Positions 43,442-54,928 of a stretch of 64,000 nt of DNA are shown piece after piece; positions within the stretch are counted from its first letter, which is position 1; every line of letters begins with the position of its first letter. Below the pieces are notes generated by a model that searched no databases, was not told where the DNA came from, and worked only from the letters and a program-made list of their open reading frames with translations. Source of the DNA: Octopus vulgaris (lineage: Eukaryota); NCBI GenBank assembly GCA_951406725.2, contig OX597821.1, forward strand, positions 17,422,001 to 17,486,000, written 5' to 3'. Position numbers and translations under genes: made by a program.

Positions 43442-43499
43442 AAACATTTTGCCCGGTGCCCTAACGATTCTGCCATCTCGCCGTCCTACTTTTTCAAAA

Positions 43500-43702
43500 T
43501 ATTGGTTTCAAATATTGGCGCAAGGCCATCAATTGTAAAAGAGAGGGCAAATCGATAACATCGGCCCCAGTGTTCAACTAGTGTTTATTTTATGGTCCAT
43601 CCCTAAAGGATGAAAAGTATAGTCAACCTCAGTGTAAAGACGAATAACTACCTTTAAGCATTTTGCCCCACGTGCTAATGATTCTGCCAGCTCGCTGCCT
43701 TG
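43500..43702 (-). mobile_element. SINE family B, old
   Basis: Diverged reverse copy. Confidence 0.72.
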
Positions 43703-43805
43703 CACTACTTTATCAAAGTAATGTTTCTTTTCTTTTTGATGTAGGGGTCGTTTTAGAGAGATCTGGCTGTTACTTCGAGCATATCAAGAAAACATTCTTC
43801 TAAGT

Positions 43806-43952
43806 CAACGGTTCCCAACTTTTACACTACCAAGTACCCTTTTTATTTAAATGAGTTTTCCCACGGTCCCAAGGATATTGAAAGGTCTGTCAGCTTAACA
43901 TATTCAGGGACCCCCAGGACTACCTTTGCGGACCACAATTTGGGAACCACTG
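43806..43952. mobile_element. hAT-type MITE
   Basis: TIRs CAACGGTTCCCAA / TTGGGAACCACTG; TSD ttctaagt / ttcaaagt. Confidence 0.8.
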
Positions 43953-44913
43953 TTCAAAGTGATTGACTTCAGTCAGGAATCGTATTTGAGTTCGAGAAAT
44001 GCCGCGAATTCAAATAGGGATGACTCAACAGGAAAACCTCAAAATCTCGACCTGCTCTGAGCTTTACTAACTCGCTACACATCTTATTTTACAGCGCTCA
44101 CACAATTAATGGTTTATTTGCCAGTAAATAAAGATTTATTTCATCTAAATGCAGCATTTATTACGAACCGGCTCTGTCGTATGTAAAACTGTTGAAAGCC
44201 TGGTCGTAATAACAAATTGCTATGTTCTACTGGAATCTTTTGTGTAATTCTATTATAAGTTACATTGACAGCAACAACAAGAGAAGCTTCTACCCTCGAC
44301 ATTATACCATGAACGGGTGATAAAGAGATTATGTCAAAAGAGTTTTCACAGAAAACAAAATTTTGTTTATCTGAATCAAAGATAGGATTTTAAAATGTGA
44401 TTATTAGTACGATAATGATATAAAACAAGGTGGTTGGATTACTTGGAGAGCGGAAAATGAGATTTGCGCAGTTATAAATGTTGAATGTTATGAAACGTTA
44501 AGGTAAGATATAAATCATTTGCATCTTAGTGGCATTTGGTATGTTTCATGGATGATATAATTATTTCGGTGATAAATTTGAAGAGCTGGTTGAGATTTTA
44601 CATATGGATCAGAAAGTTTGTAATTTATTGAGCGTGTTGTGGGAGATTTTTACCTTTTAAGAAAGCTATATAAATTGAGAACTGGAATATTCTAATAACG
44701 TTTACCTCTGGGAAAATCTCGAGTAAAGACGTTTCAATGGCAAAAATAGATCGAACGTAAAAACAAAACGCCTTAAAGTATTTAGTTACGGTTCTGAGGA
44801 CATAAGTGTTGCTGAAGTATTCAGATTAATTTAAATAACAAAATACTTCTCTCAAAATCTGTGACGCTGAGCCGATGCCGAAAAATCATCACCGCCGTCG
44901 TCGCTGGTGTTGC

Positions 44914-45520
44914 TGAGGCGACGAGCTAGCAATATCGTTAAGCACTCCGGACAAAATGTTTAGCAGATTTTCTTTCGGTTCTTTACATTCTGAGTTCAAA
45001 TTCCGCCATGGTTGCATTTGCTTTTTACCCTCTCAGAGTTTATAACGTAAAATGCCAGTTACCAGTCAAGTACTTGGGTCGATGCAATCGACATACCCTT
45101 TTCCTTGAAATTGCTGGCCTTGTGTCAAAATTAGTAAACAAATTAAAGGTGGCAACTAGTCAGAATCGTTATTACGCCGAGTAAAATGCTTAGCGGCATT
45201 TAGTCCGTTTTTTACGTTCTGAGTTCGAATTCCACTGAGGTCGAGTCTGTTTTTCATCGTTTCGGGGTCGATAAATGAAATACCAGTGAAATTCTGGGGT
45301 CGATGTAATCAACTAGTCCCCTCCCCCAAAATTTCAGGCCTTGTGCCTATCATTGTTGTTGTTGTTGTCATAATAAGGCGGCAAGCTGGCAGAATCGTCA
45401 GCACGCTGGACGAAATATTTAGCAGTATTTCGCTCGTCGCTACGTTCTGAGTTCAAATTCCGCCGAGGTCGACTTTGCTTTTCATCCTTTCGAAGTTGAT
45501 AAATTTAGTACCAGTAAAAC
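44914..45520 (+). mobile_element. Three adjacent SINE family B copies, each with its own head
   Basis: Heads at about 44914, 45146 and 45374. Confidence 0.82.
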
Positions 45521-46479
45521 ACTTCTCCACAGTGACCAGTGAAAGTACAGACAGTCATTGTGATACCTATTTTACATTCTAGTATTTTGTACTCGCTCAC
45601 TATGTGGGCAAGATTTTGGCACTAATCCCATAAAGGCGGTAGTTCACACGTTCGCCAAGATGATATTACATAAATAAATATTAGCAAAGAAAGAAGTATT
45701 AATACCGAAGAACAATCTTTATGTCCTCCGTAAAGTGGACGTGAAAATCACTGTTACTCTATATATCGTTTATAGTGATATTTGTCTGATATGCAGCAAC
45801 AGGACGTCTGTCACTGAGGAAGCGCATTACGCTGATATCACGTGATCTGGCAGGTCTGGTTCCCATGCCAGATGATTGTCGTTTGCTATGATATATTGCT
45901 ATTTTCATAGCGATGTATGCCTTTATGAGAGGATATCTCAAGGCGAATACAGCAGCATCCGGCGTTCTAATAATACACCCACGTTAAGTAGTATATAAAA
46001 ATTGTCGTTCGATATTACATACGTAGAATCACTGCTTTAGTATTCGAAGTCTAGTATTACGTTTATATCAGCAATCCTTCAATTTCAATGTTCATCCTTG
46101 GATCACTGCGGAAAAGTCAAACCTATTGCAAAAATAAGTTTCTGTTCTGGGTAGTGGATTAATAGGTTGAGAGCCAAAGAGCATGCAAGCCATTGTGAGA
46201 GGCTCTGCTGTCGAACATCTAGCTAGAAAAATTTCTTTCTATTAAATCTTTTTTATATCACACTGTCTTAAATAAGGAATAGATGTATTGGATAATATAA
46301 TCCTATATTATTCTACAAAGATGGGGTGGATGTCACTAAACTGTCATAGAGCGTGAGTCCAGGGGCTTGAGTCCTGCGAACAACAACTCATCTCGAGTAT
46401 ATATAAAAATTAATCAGTATCAATTATTTTATAAACCATTCTATACAAAATGTGCAAGCGCGTTACTCTGTGATTAGAG

Positions 46480-46680
46480 CAGTGGTTTTCAACGAGGGTT
46501 CCGCCAGTACAGTCCAGGGTTTCCGCAGGAAGTTACAAAACTACTAAAATCGGCAGTAATTTTTAATTCTCCTGTGCAGATATGTGTGCATAAGACTATT
46601 AAATTATTGCACAGGGGTTCCTCGAGCCAGTGGAATGTTTCCTTGGGGTTCCGCTCCAGCAAAAAGTTTGAAAAGCACTG
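46480..46680. mobile_element. hAT-type MITE
   Basis: TIRs CAGTGGTTTTCAA / TTGAAAAGCACTG, GGGTTCC subterminal repeats, TSD gattagag / ggttaggg. Confidence 0.8.
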
Positions 46681-46701
46681 GGTTAGGGTATTGGGCTTAC
46701 A

Positions 46702-47300
46702 GGCGGCGAGCTGGCAGAATCGTTAACACGCCGGGTGAAATGCTTAGCTGTATTTCGTCTGCCTCTACGTTCTGAGTTCAAATTCAGCCGAGGTCGACTT
46801 TGCCTTTCATCCTTTCGGGGTCGATTAAATAAGTACCAGTTACGCACTGGGGTCGATATAATCGACTTAATCCGTTTGTCTGTCCTTGTTTGTCCTCTCT
46901 GTGTTTAGCCCCTTGTGGGTAGTAAAGAAATAGTTATTTCGTCTGCCGCTACGTTTTGGGTTCAAATTCCGCTGAGGTCGACTTTGCTTTTCATCCTTTC
47001 GGGGTCGATTAAATAAGTACCAGTTATGCTCTGGAGTCGATGTAATTGACTTAATCCGTTTGTCTGTCCTTGTTTGTCCTCTCTGTGTTTAGCCCCTTGT
47101 GGGTAGTAAAGAAATAGCTATTTCGTCTGCCGTTACGTTTTGGGTTCAAATTCCGCCGAGGTCGACTTTGCCTTTCATCCTTTCGGGGTCGATTAAATAA
47201 GTACCAGTTACGCACTAGGGTCGATATAATCGACTTAATCCATTTGTCTGTCCTTGTTTGTCCTCTCTGTGTTTAGCCCCTTGTGGGTAGTAAAGAAATA
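46702..47300 (+). mobile_element. SINE family B trimer with a single 15-bp TSD
   Basis: Head plus three 184-bp bodies (starting 46751, 46935, 47119). GGTATTGGGCTTACA at 46687-46701 and 47301-47315. Confidence 0.93.
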
Positions 47301-47729
47301 GGTATTGGGCTTACACTCAGTAAGTCGTGAACTCGACCTTCAAAGCGGGCTTTGTGTCTTTCAGTAAGGCAGTTCATTTCATGCTGTTCAGCTCATGAGC
47401 TGAAGATGAGTTTAAGCAGCAGCTGGAGTTTAACACTGCGACGAACTGGCAACCTCTTCGCATGTGGAACGTGTCTTGTACTATCAGTCGCCAAAACTCC
47501 TTGAAAATCTGAATAAATTCCTACCACGTAAGTGTGCATGCTCGATGAAGACAATAAGAATTCTCTATAAATTCAGAATTTGTGTGTGTGTGTGTGTAAA
47601 ATATTCTTACCAGGCTTGCAAGCTACTGGTTCCCGTCATCATCACCGTCATAAATATTCTACAGAGAATGAATGAATCTAATCTGTCTCAATTCGTCTGT
47701 CATCCTGTTGGTAAAAATTATTCGTTTTC

Positions 47730-47765
<36 letters not shown>

Positions 47766-47789
47766 ATACACATACACACACACACACCA

Positions 47790-47856
<67 letters not shown>

Positions 47857-48515
47857 GTATATATATATATATGTATACTGTTTTTTACTCTATTCGAGAA
47901 AGACAAAATTAAGATTCTTCAAGGTCAGGACCTTCGAGAAACTTTGTTTTATCTTTTTCCATTTTTGACAACTGAGTTAAAAAGGAAAAAAAGAAACATT
48001 ACCAATTGGATGACAGGCAAGTAGACAAATTGGATATGCCCAGGAGCTGGATATTTCTGATGACAGGAATCAGAGGTTAGTGAGATTGGTAAGGATGTTT
48101 ATTTTCACCTTTAAGAAACGACAGCTGAATTGAGACGTTTGAGATATCAGTAATGTCGGGTTCTGTGTGACGATTTTTAGCTGGTCTGGAAGATCGTGCA
48201 TGATTCAAATAGATTAAGAAAGACGAATGCTAATTCAGTCGGTGAAGCAACCCAGTTCTTGTAAATAGGTCTCTTGGAACTGTGTCAAATTATTAAATGA
48301 ACAGAACGGTATTGTATGACAGGATTGAGATAAGGGAAATCGAAATTTTATTTGTTACAAAAATCTGTGCATTGCAAATAATTAACTGTCCTGTGTATCA
48401 CATGTGATGCGCAGGACACATTTCCTTGGCGTCTATTCATCACATTTCCAATTTTCTTCCACCCTTAGAGTAACTTGCAACTTATTAATGGAGTGCTTGA
48501 TATCACTCAGAGCAT

Positions 48516-48752
48516 AAGGCGGCGAGCTGGCAGAAACGTTAGCGCGCCGGGCGAAATGCTTAGCAGTATTTCGTCTGCCGCTCCGTTCTGGGTTCAAATT
48601 CCGCCGAGGTCGACTTTGCTGTTCATTCTTTCGGGGTCGATAAAAATTAAGTACCAGTTAGGCACTGGGGTTGATGTAATCGACTTAACCTCTCTTTCTG
48701 TCCTTGTTTGTCCCCTCTCTATTTAGCCCCTTGTTGGCAATAAAGAAATAAG
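48516..48752 (+). mobile_element. SINE family B monomer
   Basis: Consensus head, core and tail. Confidence 0.9.
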
Positions 48753-48834
48753 AATCATAACCACAGTTTCAGCGGTGGTGCCCCAGCATGGCCGCGGCCT
48801 TCGGGCTAAAACATTTTTAAGGATTTAAGGATTT

Positions 48835-49025
48835 ACACCGGGCAAAATGATTAACGGCATTTCGTCCGAAGGCTACATCCTGAGTTCCAATATTGTCGAG
48901 GTCGACTTTGCCTTTCATCCTATCAGGGTCCATAAAATAAGTACCAGTTGAGCACTAGGGCCGATGTAATCGACTTAGCCCCTCCCCGTGAACTTTCTGA
49001 CCTTGTGCCAAAATTCGAAACCAAT
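48835..49025 (+). mobile_element. SINE family B, old tail type, 5' truncated
   Basis: Core gtcgactttgcctttcatcc and tail gtgccaaaattcgaaacc. Confidence 0.78.
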
Positions 49026-49778
49026 ATTATTCAGAACGTATAAAACAAGGGTTATCTAAAAGTCTGAAAATAAGCATGGACGTTTAGGATAAACTGATGA
49101 AAATGCTTCCGACAGGTAAGGAGTTAATATCAGTCACGCAAGAAAATGTCTTTAACCTTACCGCCTCCTCCCCACCAAAAACCTAACATAAAATTATCAA
49201 AATTATCTCAGCCAAAATAAATTAATACTGCACGAGACAGAACACTTTCTTGTCCCCTTTAGCTATATTACAGCTTAGAATTCAACTTCTTTGCGAATAC
49301 ACAATACTTCAATATATACTAATATACATGAAAGAAAAAAACTGGTTTTTATAATACTATTCATAAACCAGTAGCTGAGGCGTTCAACATAAGTGGAGTG
49401 CATCGGTTTGATTCCATTGTCATAATTTTAAAAATGCAATCTTCCGATTTCAAATCTAGATGCAATTAATTTTACATTTTTTTCTTTTTCTCTTAATCTC
49501 TTTGTCAAGAAGGAAGAGTTGTGCTCATTAACTACCACAGAACTTCAAACACTTGTAGGAAAGAGGGAGGATGGTAGTCTCCAACTGGAGACCTGGCTCG
49601 AATGAATACGTCCTACTGGACTCTTCAAAAGGCACCTAAGATCCAAATAGTGATATCCAAACGGACGACAGATTTGTTATCTCTCGGGTAGATACAATAT
49701 ATATCATGAGTATATATGAGACAAGTCAATTATTATAACTCACTCGATACTCTCTTTTAGAATTACAATTATTATATA

Positions 49779-50687
49779 TCTATATATATAAAACTGTAGT
49801 TGTGTGAGTGTCTGTCCCCTTCGATTTAGATTCCTAACTACTCCCACATTTTGCGGTGCAGTTTAACCAAATTCGGGTATCTTATAGTCGTTATTCATAT
49901 CGAGCCCGTCTGAGTATTAGCGCGCGTCTACGATGAGTCTACAATTTTAAAAATAATTTAACATCATTTTTTATTCCATTTTAATGCATAATTTTTCGTG
50001 TGTCGATGGCGGCGGAGTTGGCGGCCACGCTCAAACACCTGCACCTGTGTTTGCTTCTCCCCCTTCTTCCCTCCCTCGTGAAGCTGTGGGGAAGGGAGTT
50101 TAAAGAAATCAACGTCGTAATGCATTGTCAAGGAGACCAGCGTTCTTTTAGAACAACGACTTCATGGCTTGAAGACACCAAAACAGAAATGGCTAAGAAA
50201 GCCGGAATTGGCATCTATAAGGGAAGTAACTCTCTAAAAATGCTTATATAGTTATTTCCCTTACAAACCCGAGCAACGCCGGGCGATACTGCTAGTCTTT
50301 ATATATAAAAGTGAAGTTGTGTGTCTGTCTACTCCGATTTAGATTCCTAACTACTCCCACATTTTGCGGTGCAGTTTAACCAAAATCGGGTATCTTATAG
50401 TCGTGATTCATATCAAGCGCTTCTGGGTATTAGCGTGCGTCTACGATGAGACTACGATTTTAAAAATAATTTACCCTCATTTTTTCCATTTTAATGCATA
50501 TTTTTTTAATATAAGGGAAGTAACTCTCTAAAAATGTCTACGATGAGTCAACGATTTTTAAAAAAATTTACCATCATATTTTTTCCATTTTTAATGCATT
50601 TTTTGCTATTTTTTGGCTATAACTCTCTAAAAATGCTTTATAGTTATTTCCCTTACAAACCCGAGTAACGCCGGGCGATACTGCTAG
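49779..50687 (+). mobile_element. Head-to-tail tandem non-autonomous Helitrons (49779-50295, 50296-50687)
   Basis: Each starts TC(T/A)TATATATAAAA and ends with the hairpin CCCG..AACGCCGGG plus CTAG. Junctions are CTAG|TC, and a third TC start lies at 50688. Confidence 0.88.
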
Positions 50688-50863
50688 TCTCATATAAAAA
50701 GCAATAAGTGTGGGATTTGCGATTGAATATTGGTTAAGTTTCACCCGCTTTGGGATCTGTAGATTGCTTCCCAAGCATGTGGACTTGAGTTCAGTCCCAC
50801 TGCGTGGCACCCTAGGCTGGTATCTTCCACTATAGCCCCGAGATGGCAACTGAAAGGAGACTG

Positions 50864-50895
<32 letters not shown>

Positions 50896-50899
<4 letters not shown>

Positions 50900-51095
50900 C
50901 AAATTTATTAAAAACAAAACACGAAGACAGGTGAAAGAATAACAAACAGGTGTATTAGTCTGACGCTTGGGAAGAATGAAAAAGTCTTTGATGTTTCGAG
51001 CCAACGCTCTTTGACAGATAGGATTGAGAGGCAAAAATAGAAAGACAACGAAAAAAAACGAGAAAGAAAAAATGTATAGGGATTAACGGTTTAAC
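50896..51095 (-). mobile_element. Penelope-like pseudo-LTR remnant with a decayed hammerhead, inside a split SINE A
   Basis: Homologous to 53207-53373. SINE A 5' part lies at about 50755-50870 and its tail at about 51180-51240. Confidence 0.6.
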
Positions 51096-51117
51096 ATGAT
51101 GAAATGTATGTGCGTAT

Positions 51118-51176
<59 letters not shown>

Positions 51177-51240
51177 TTAAAGGCAGTGTTCCAGCATGGC
51201 CGTAGTCAAATGAATGAAACGAGTAAAAGAGTAAAAGAAT

Positions 51241-51343
<103 letters not shown>

Positions 51344-51345
51344 TA

Positions 51346-51592
51346 TGGAGGCGCAATGGCCCAGTGGTTAGGCAGCGGACTCACGGTCGTAGGATCGCGG
51401 TTTCGATTCCTGAAGCTCCACGAGGCTCCGGCAGGGGATAGTGGCGATCCCTGCTGTACTCTTTCGCTACAACTTTCTCTCACTCTTTCTTCTGTTGGCC
51501 TGCTCGCTTAGCCAGTGGGGTGGCGTCATTTGAAGGCTAAAACAATGCGAAGCGCATTGTGACCAGCGATGATAGCCTGGTCGATCACGTTG
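51346..51592 (+). mobile_element. SINE family C (tail type 1), internally deleted
   Basis: GGAGGCGCAATGGCCCAGTGGTTAG head; the tail matches the 7345 copy. Confidence 0.85.
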
Positions 51593-51607
51593 ATATATAT
51601 ATGTATA

Positions 51608-52512
51608 CGAAGGGGTACCCAAAAGATACCGGAATTTTGCAATATTATTTTTTCACTTAGTTTTACATGCTTATTTTTATCGCCTTCAAAGTATTCTCCC
51701 TTTGAAGCAGTACATCGATCCAGACGCGTTTTCCAGTGTCCGAAGCAGTGCTGGAACTCTTGCGAAGTGATGCCTTTTTACGCCCGTCGTTTTATTCTTC
51801 GCCTTTCCAGGTCTGCAAATTCCGTGGCACCAGCTTTCATCATCAGTGATTGCCTTGGAAAAAGGTCTGGATCAATTTCCAACTGTTCTCTCAGTTCCCG
51901 ACATGCATTCAGTCGTGAATGCTTTTGATATTCTGTGAGCAAGCGAGGCGCAAATTTTGCTTGCAACTCTTTTCGTTTTTGTCATTCAATTCGTCGCTCA
52001 AAAGTTGTTGGCATGAGCTCCAGGCACACATCAGCCATATCAACAAGTTCGTTAAGTGTTCGGCGACGGTCCTCCAAGATTAGTTCATGAATTTTCACGA
52101 TGTTTTCGAGAGGTCGACGGTCGCCATAAACGAGATTGGTCCTCAAGCGACAAATGACCATTCCTAAAGCGCAAAAAAAACACTTGCAAATTTGTGTTTT
52201 GCTCATGGCAGCGTCCTTGTAAGCTGTTTGAAGCATGACAGCTGTTTCAACCGCCGTTTTCTCCAGCAGAAAACCGAATATCACGGAAACACGTTGTTCT
52301 TTTGTTTCAGCCATCGTAAAAAAAATCGACGAATAGAGGAGAAGCACTACAATACAAAGACGCAGCACTTGGCGCTATGCCCCTACTGTACAACGTCGGT
52401 CGGCAGACTGATGCCTGAGGGTCGCATCAAGTGACTTCTTGCGACGGAAACCTGAACTACAAGGAGTTTGCCCCACAGAGAACGTTTCTGGATACTTTTT
52501 GGGTACCCCTCG
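51608..52512 (-). mobile_element. Decayed mariner-family transposon, internally deleted
   Basis: TIRs CGAAGGGGTACCCAAAAGATACCGGAA / TTCTGGATACTTTTTGGGTACCCCTCG. Transposase pieces: EQRVSV.F.F.LEKTA.ET..ML..AY, AKFAPRLLTEYQK and a C-terminal C..SKGEYFEGD. Confidence 0.88.
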
Positions 52513-52523
52513 TTTGTATATAT

Positions 52524-52622
52524 ACTGTTACTCAGAGTTTCCAGCTAAACAGATCTGTGGTGGAATTTACATTCATTACTCAGAGTTTCACGTTCCCGTT
52601 CGTCGGACAGTTTTGGTTGAGA

Positions 52623-52625
<3 letters not shown>
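52524..52625 (-). mobile_element. Inverted arm of the hammerhead element at 53390-53478, interrupted by a templated insert
   Basis: 52576-52625 is the exact reverse complement of 53391-53440. Confidence 0.8.
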
Positions 52626-52657
<32 letters not shown>

Positions 52658-52673
52658 TATATATACACACATA

Positions 52674-52763
<90 letters not shown>

Positions 52764-52982
52764 GACTTCATCCCATATTGCTAGTAGTAAACTCGCTGCT
52801 TGCTACGGAAGGACCGGTAACCATTACAATTTGTAGCGGCGAAAGGTCAAGACGTTGTTTCTGAAGCTGACCAAAGAATTTTTATTTTTAGATATAAATG
52901 ATGTACTCAAGTGTAGTTATGTTTTTAGCTTGTGCTTTTTCCATGATCATACGTGAGTATTTTATTTATATCCCATCGAAAG

Positions 52983-53045
52983 CTCTACTGAAGAAAGAAT
53001 ATATCTTTTTATAAGATTAATTCCGAAATTGATTCAATATAAGAG
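52983..53045 (+). ncRNA. Type I hammerhead motif
   Basis: ctcta-CTGAAGA-aagaat...attcc-GAAA-ttgattcaa-TA-taagag, with a near-palindromic stem III. Confidence 0.55.
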
Positions 53046-53174
53046 ATAACGGAATTAAAATTTTCTAAAGGTTAGTTGCCCGTTTTCAGTTTCAATTCTC
53101 CTGTAGCAAGCGGATTATAAGTGGATAAATCAGTGTATTGGCTTTAGAATAACCCTCTTTAGCCCTTAATTATA

Positions 53175-53206
<32 letters not shown>

Positions 53207-53209
<3 letters not shown>

Positions 53210-53373
53210 CTATATGAAGATAGACAAAGGACGAAGGCAGGTGGAAAACAAACGAACAATTGTATTAGTATGGCGCTCAGGAAATATAAATAAAACAAGT
53301 CTTTAACGTTTCGAGCCTACGCTCTTCAACAGAAAGATACACAGAGAGAAAAAAAACACAGAAAGAAGGAGGT
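53207..53373 (-). mobile_element. Penelope-like pseudo-LTR with a hammerhead-like motif (53300-53337)
   Basis: Minus strand: tcttt-CTGTTGA-a-gagc gtag gctc-GAAA-cg-TT-aaaga. (TA)n flanks. Confidence 0.65.
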
Positions 53374-53401
53374 GTATATATATATATATATATTCTCAAC
53401 C

Positions 53402-53447
53402 AAAACTGTCCGACGAACGGGAACGTGAAACTCTGAGTAACAGTTTT
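53402..53447 (+). ncRNA. Type I hammerhead motif (CCGACGA core)
   Basis: aaaactgt-CCGACGA-acg ggaa cgt-GAAA-ctctgag-TA-acagtttt: perfect 8-bp stem I and a GUA triplet. Confidence 0.75.
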
Positions 53448-53542
53448 TGTGATGTCTTTGCAGCTTTATTAATAAAGTATATATATACACATATATACAG
53501 TTATACATATAAATATGTATACTATATACATATATATATACA

Positions 53543-53658
<116 letters not shown>

Positions 53659-54599
53659 GTGATTTGGCAACAGTGACCGATGGAATAAGTACCTGGTTTT
53701 AAAAAGTATTGGGGTCGATTTGTTCGACTAAGCCCTTCAGGACGATGCCCCAGCATGGCGGCAGTCCAGTGATTAAAACAGATAAAAGAAAAATATTCAT
53801 TCTTCTAGGACACAAGCACATCGCAACTTCATGGTTTAGGGCTCCACCTCAGAGTGCGAAACATTGGACAAGGGTCTTCTACTACAGTCCGGAGATCGAG
53901 CAACTCCTCGGAAATGAAATTTGATAGGCGGAAACGGCATGAATTCCCTTCAGCAAAACCTGTCTTGTTCGGTGCCATAGACTTAATCTATCTCCTATTT
54001 TAATACCACAACATAGTCCTTGAGTATCTTTGGCGAAGCTCATTATGTTGCAAGCATAGAGGCAAGTCTTCCGATCTGTGGAATAACTTCTTCTTGGAGA
54101 TCCTGAAAGTGGCCAGGGGTACTGACTTTCTCCTCTGACTTATGCCATTAGAAAAGAGCGACTGTACTTGACTTCTAAATATGTTTGGCCTCGTACCAAC
54201 GTAAAATTATTGATTCTAATACTTTTTACCCGTTAACAGAAAATATGGCCGTAACCCAGGTCAGCTGGAATAATTAACTGCCGTGTATGCATGCGTGTGT
54301 GTGTGTGTGTGTGTATGTGTGTGTGTGTGTGTGTGTGAGCGTTTTAATTGAATGTTTCCAGCTAAACAGATCTGTGGTGGAATTTACATTCATGATTTGA
54401 GCTGCTTCGAGAGAAATTATAAAACAGCAACTATCATATCTTTCCAACTCATAAAGCCAAGACCCTGAGTTTAATCTTTTTTTTTTTTTTTGTCTTAAGA
54501 TAAAGTATTCTGTGATTTTCTTAGAAATTCTAATATTTCATATTCGATAACCAAATTTTTCCACTCGAAGACTTCAGTAAAGTATAGTTGGGTAAGGGA

Positions 54600-54916
54600 C
54601 ATAGCGAACTTTATTTTAGTTAAAATATACTTGTGACATATTTCAACATTTAAAGGCAAATTCACTGCAGTAAATGCGGAGAAAAAATTATCTCTTGTGA
54701 TAAAATGTGTAAAAAGACCATATCTACCCAATGTCGCTGCCTGTCGGATTCCCAGACGCATCGTTTCAAACTCTTTGAGATAATGGATAAAGAGTTAGAA
54801 ACGTTCCGTCTGGGAATCCTACAGGAGGTAGTACTGGACAGATATGGTGTTTTACCATAAGAGAGAATTTTTGTTGAATGTTGCAAACATATTTTAACTA
54901 ACCTAAGGTTCGCTTA
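54600..54916. repeat. Imperfect palindrome of about 315 bp
   Basis: cctgtcggattcccagacg / cgtctgggaatcctacagg, ccatatct / agatatgg and tagcgaac..ttagttaaaatat / atattttaactaa..gttcgct pair across a short central loop. Confidence 0.75.
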
Positions 54917-54928
54917 TTCCTAAACACT

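Larger units (their letters stand above)
40668..43487 (-). mobile_element. SINE family B split into 40668-40834 and 43441-43487 by nested insertions
   Basis: ...gacggacgaaatgccgc (40834) joins taaacattttgcccggtgccctaacgattctgcc (43441) to rebuild the family B consensus. Confidence 0.8.

Noticed and set aside
45759-46130. Possible exon in unique sequence
   Set aside because: Stops occur in most frames and there is no recognisable motif.
46751-46934. SINE B tandem unit as a hammerhead retrozyme
   Set aside because: I found no CUGANGA/GAAA core on either strand of the 184-bp unit.
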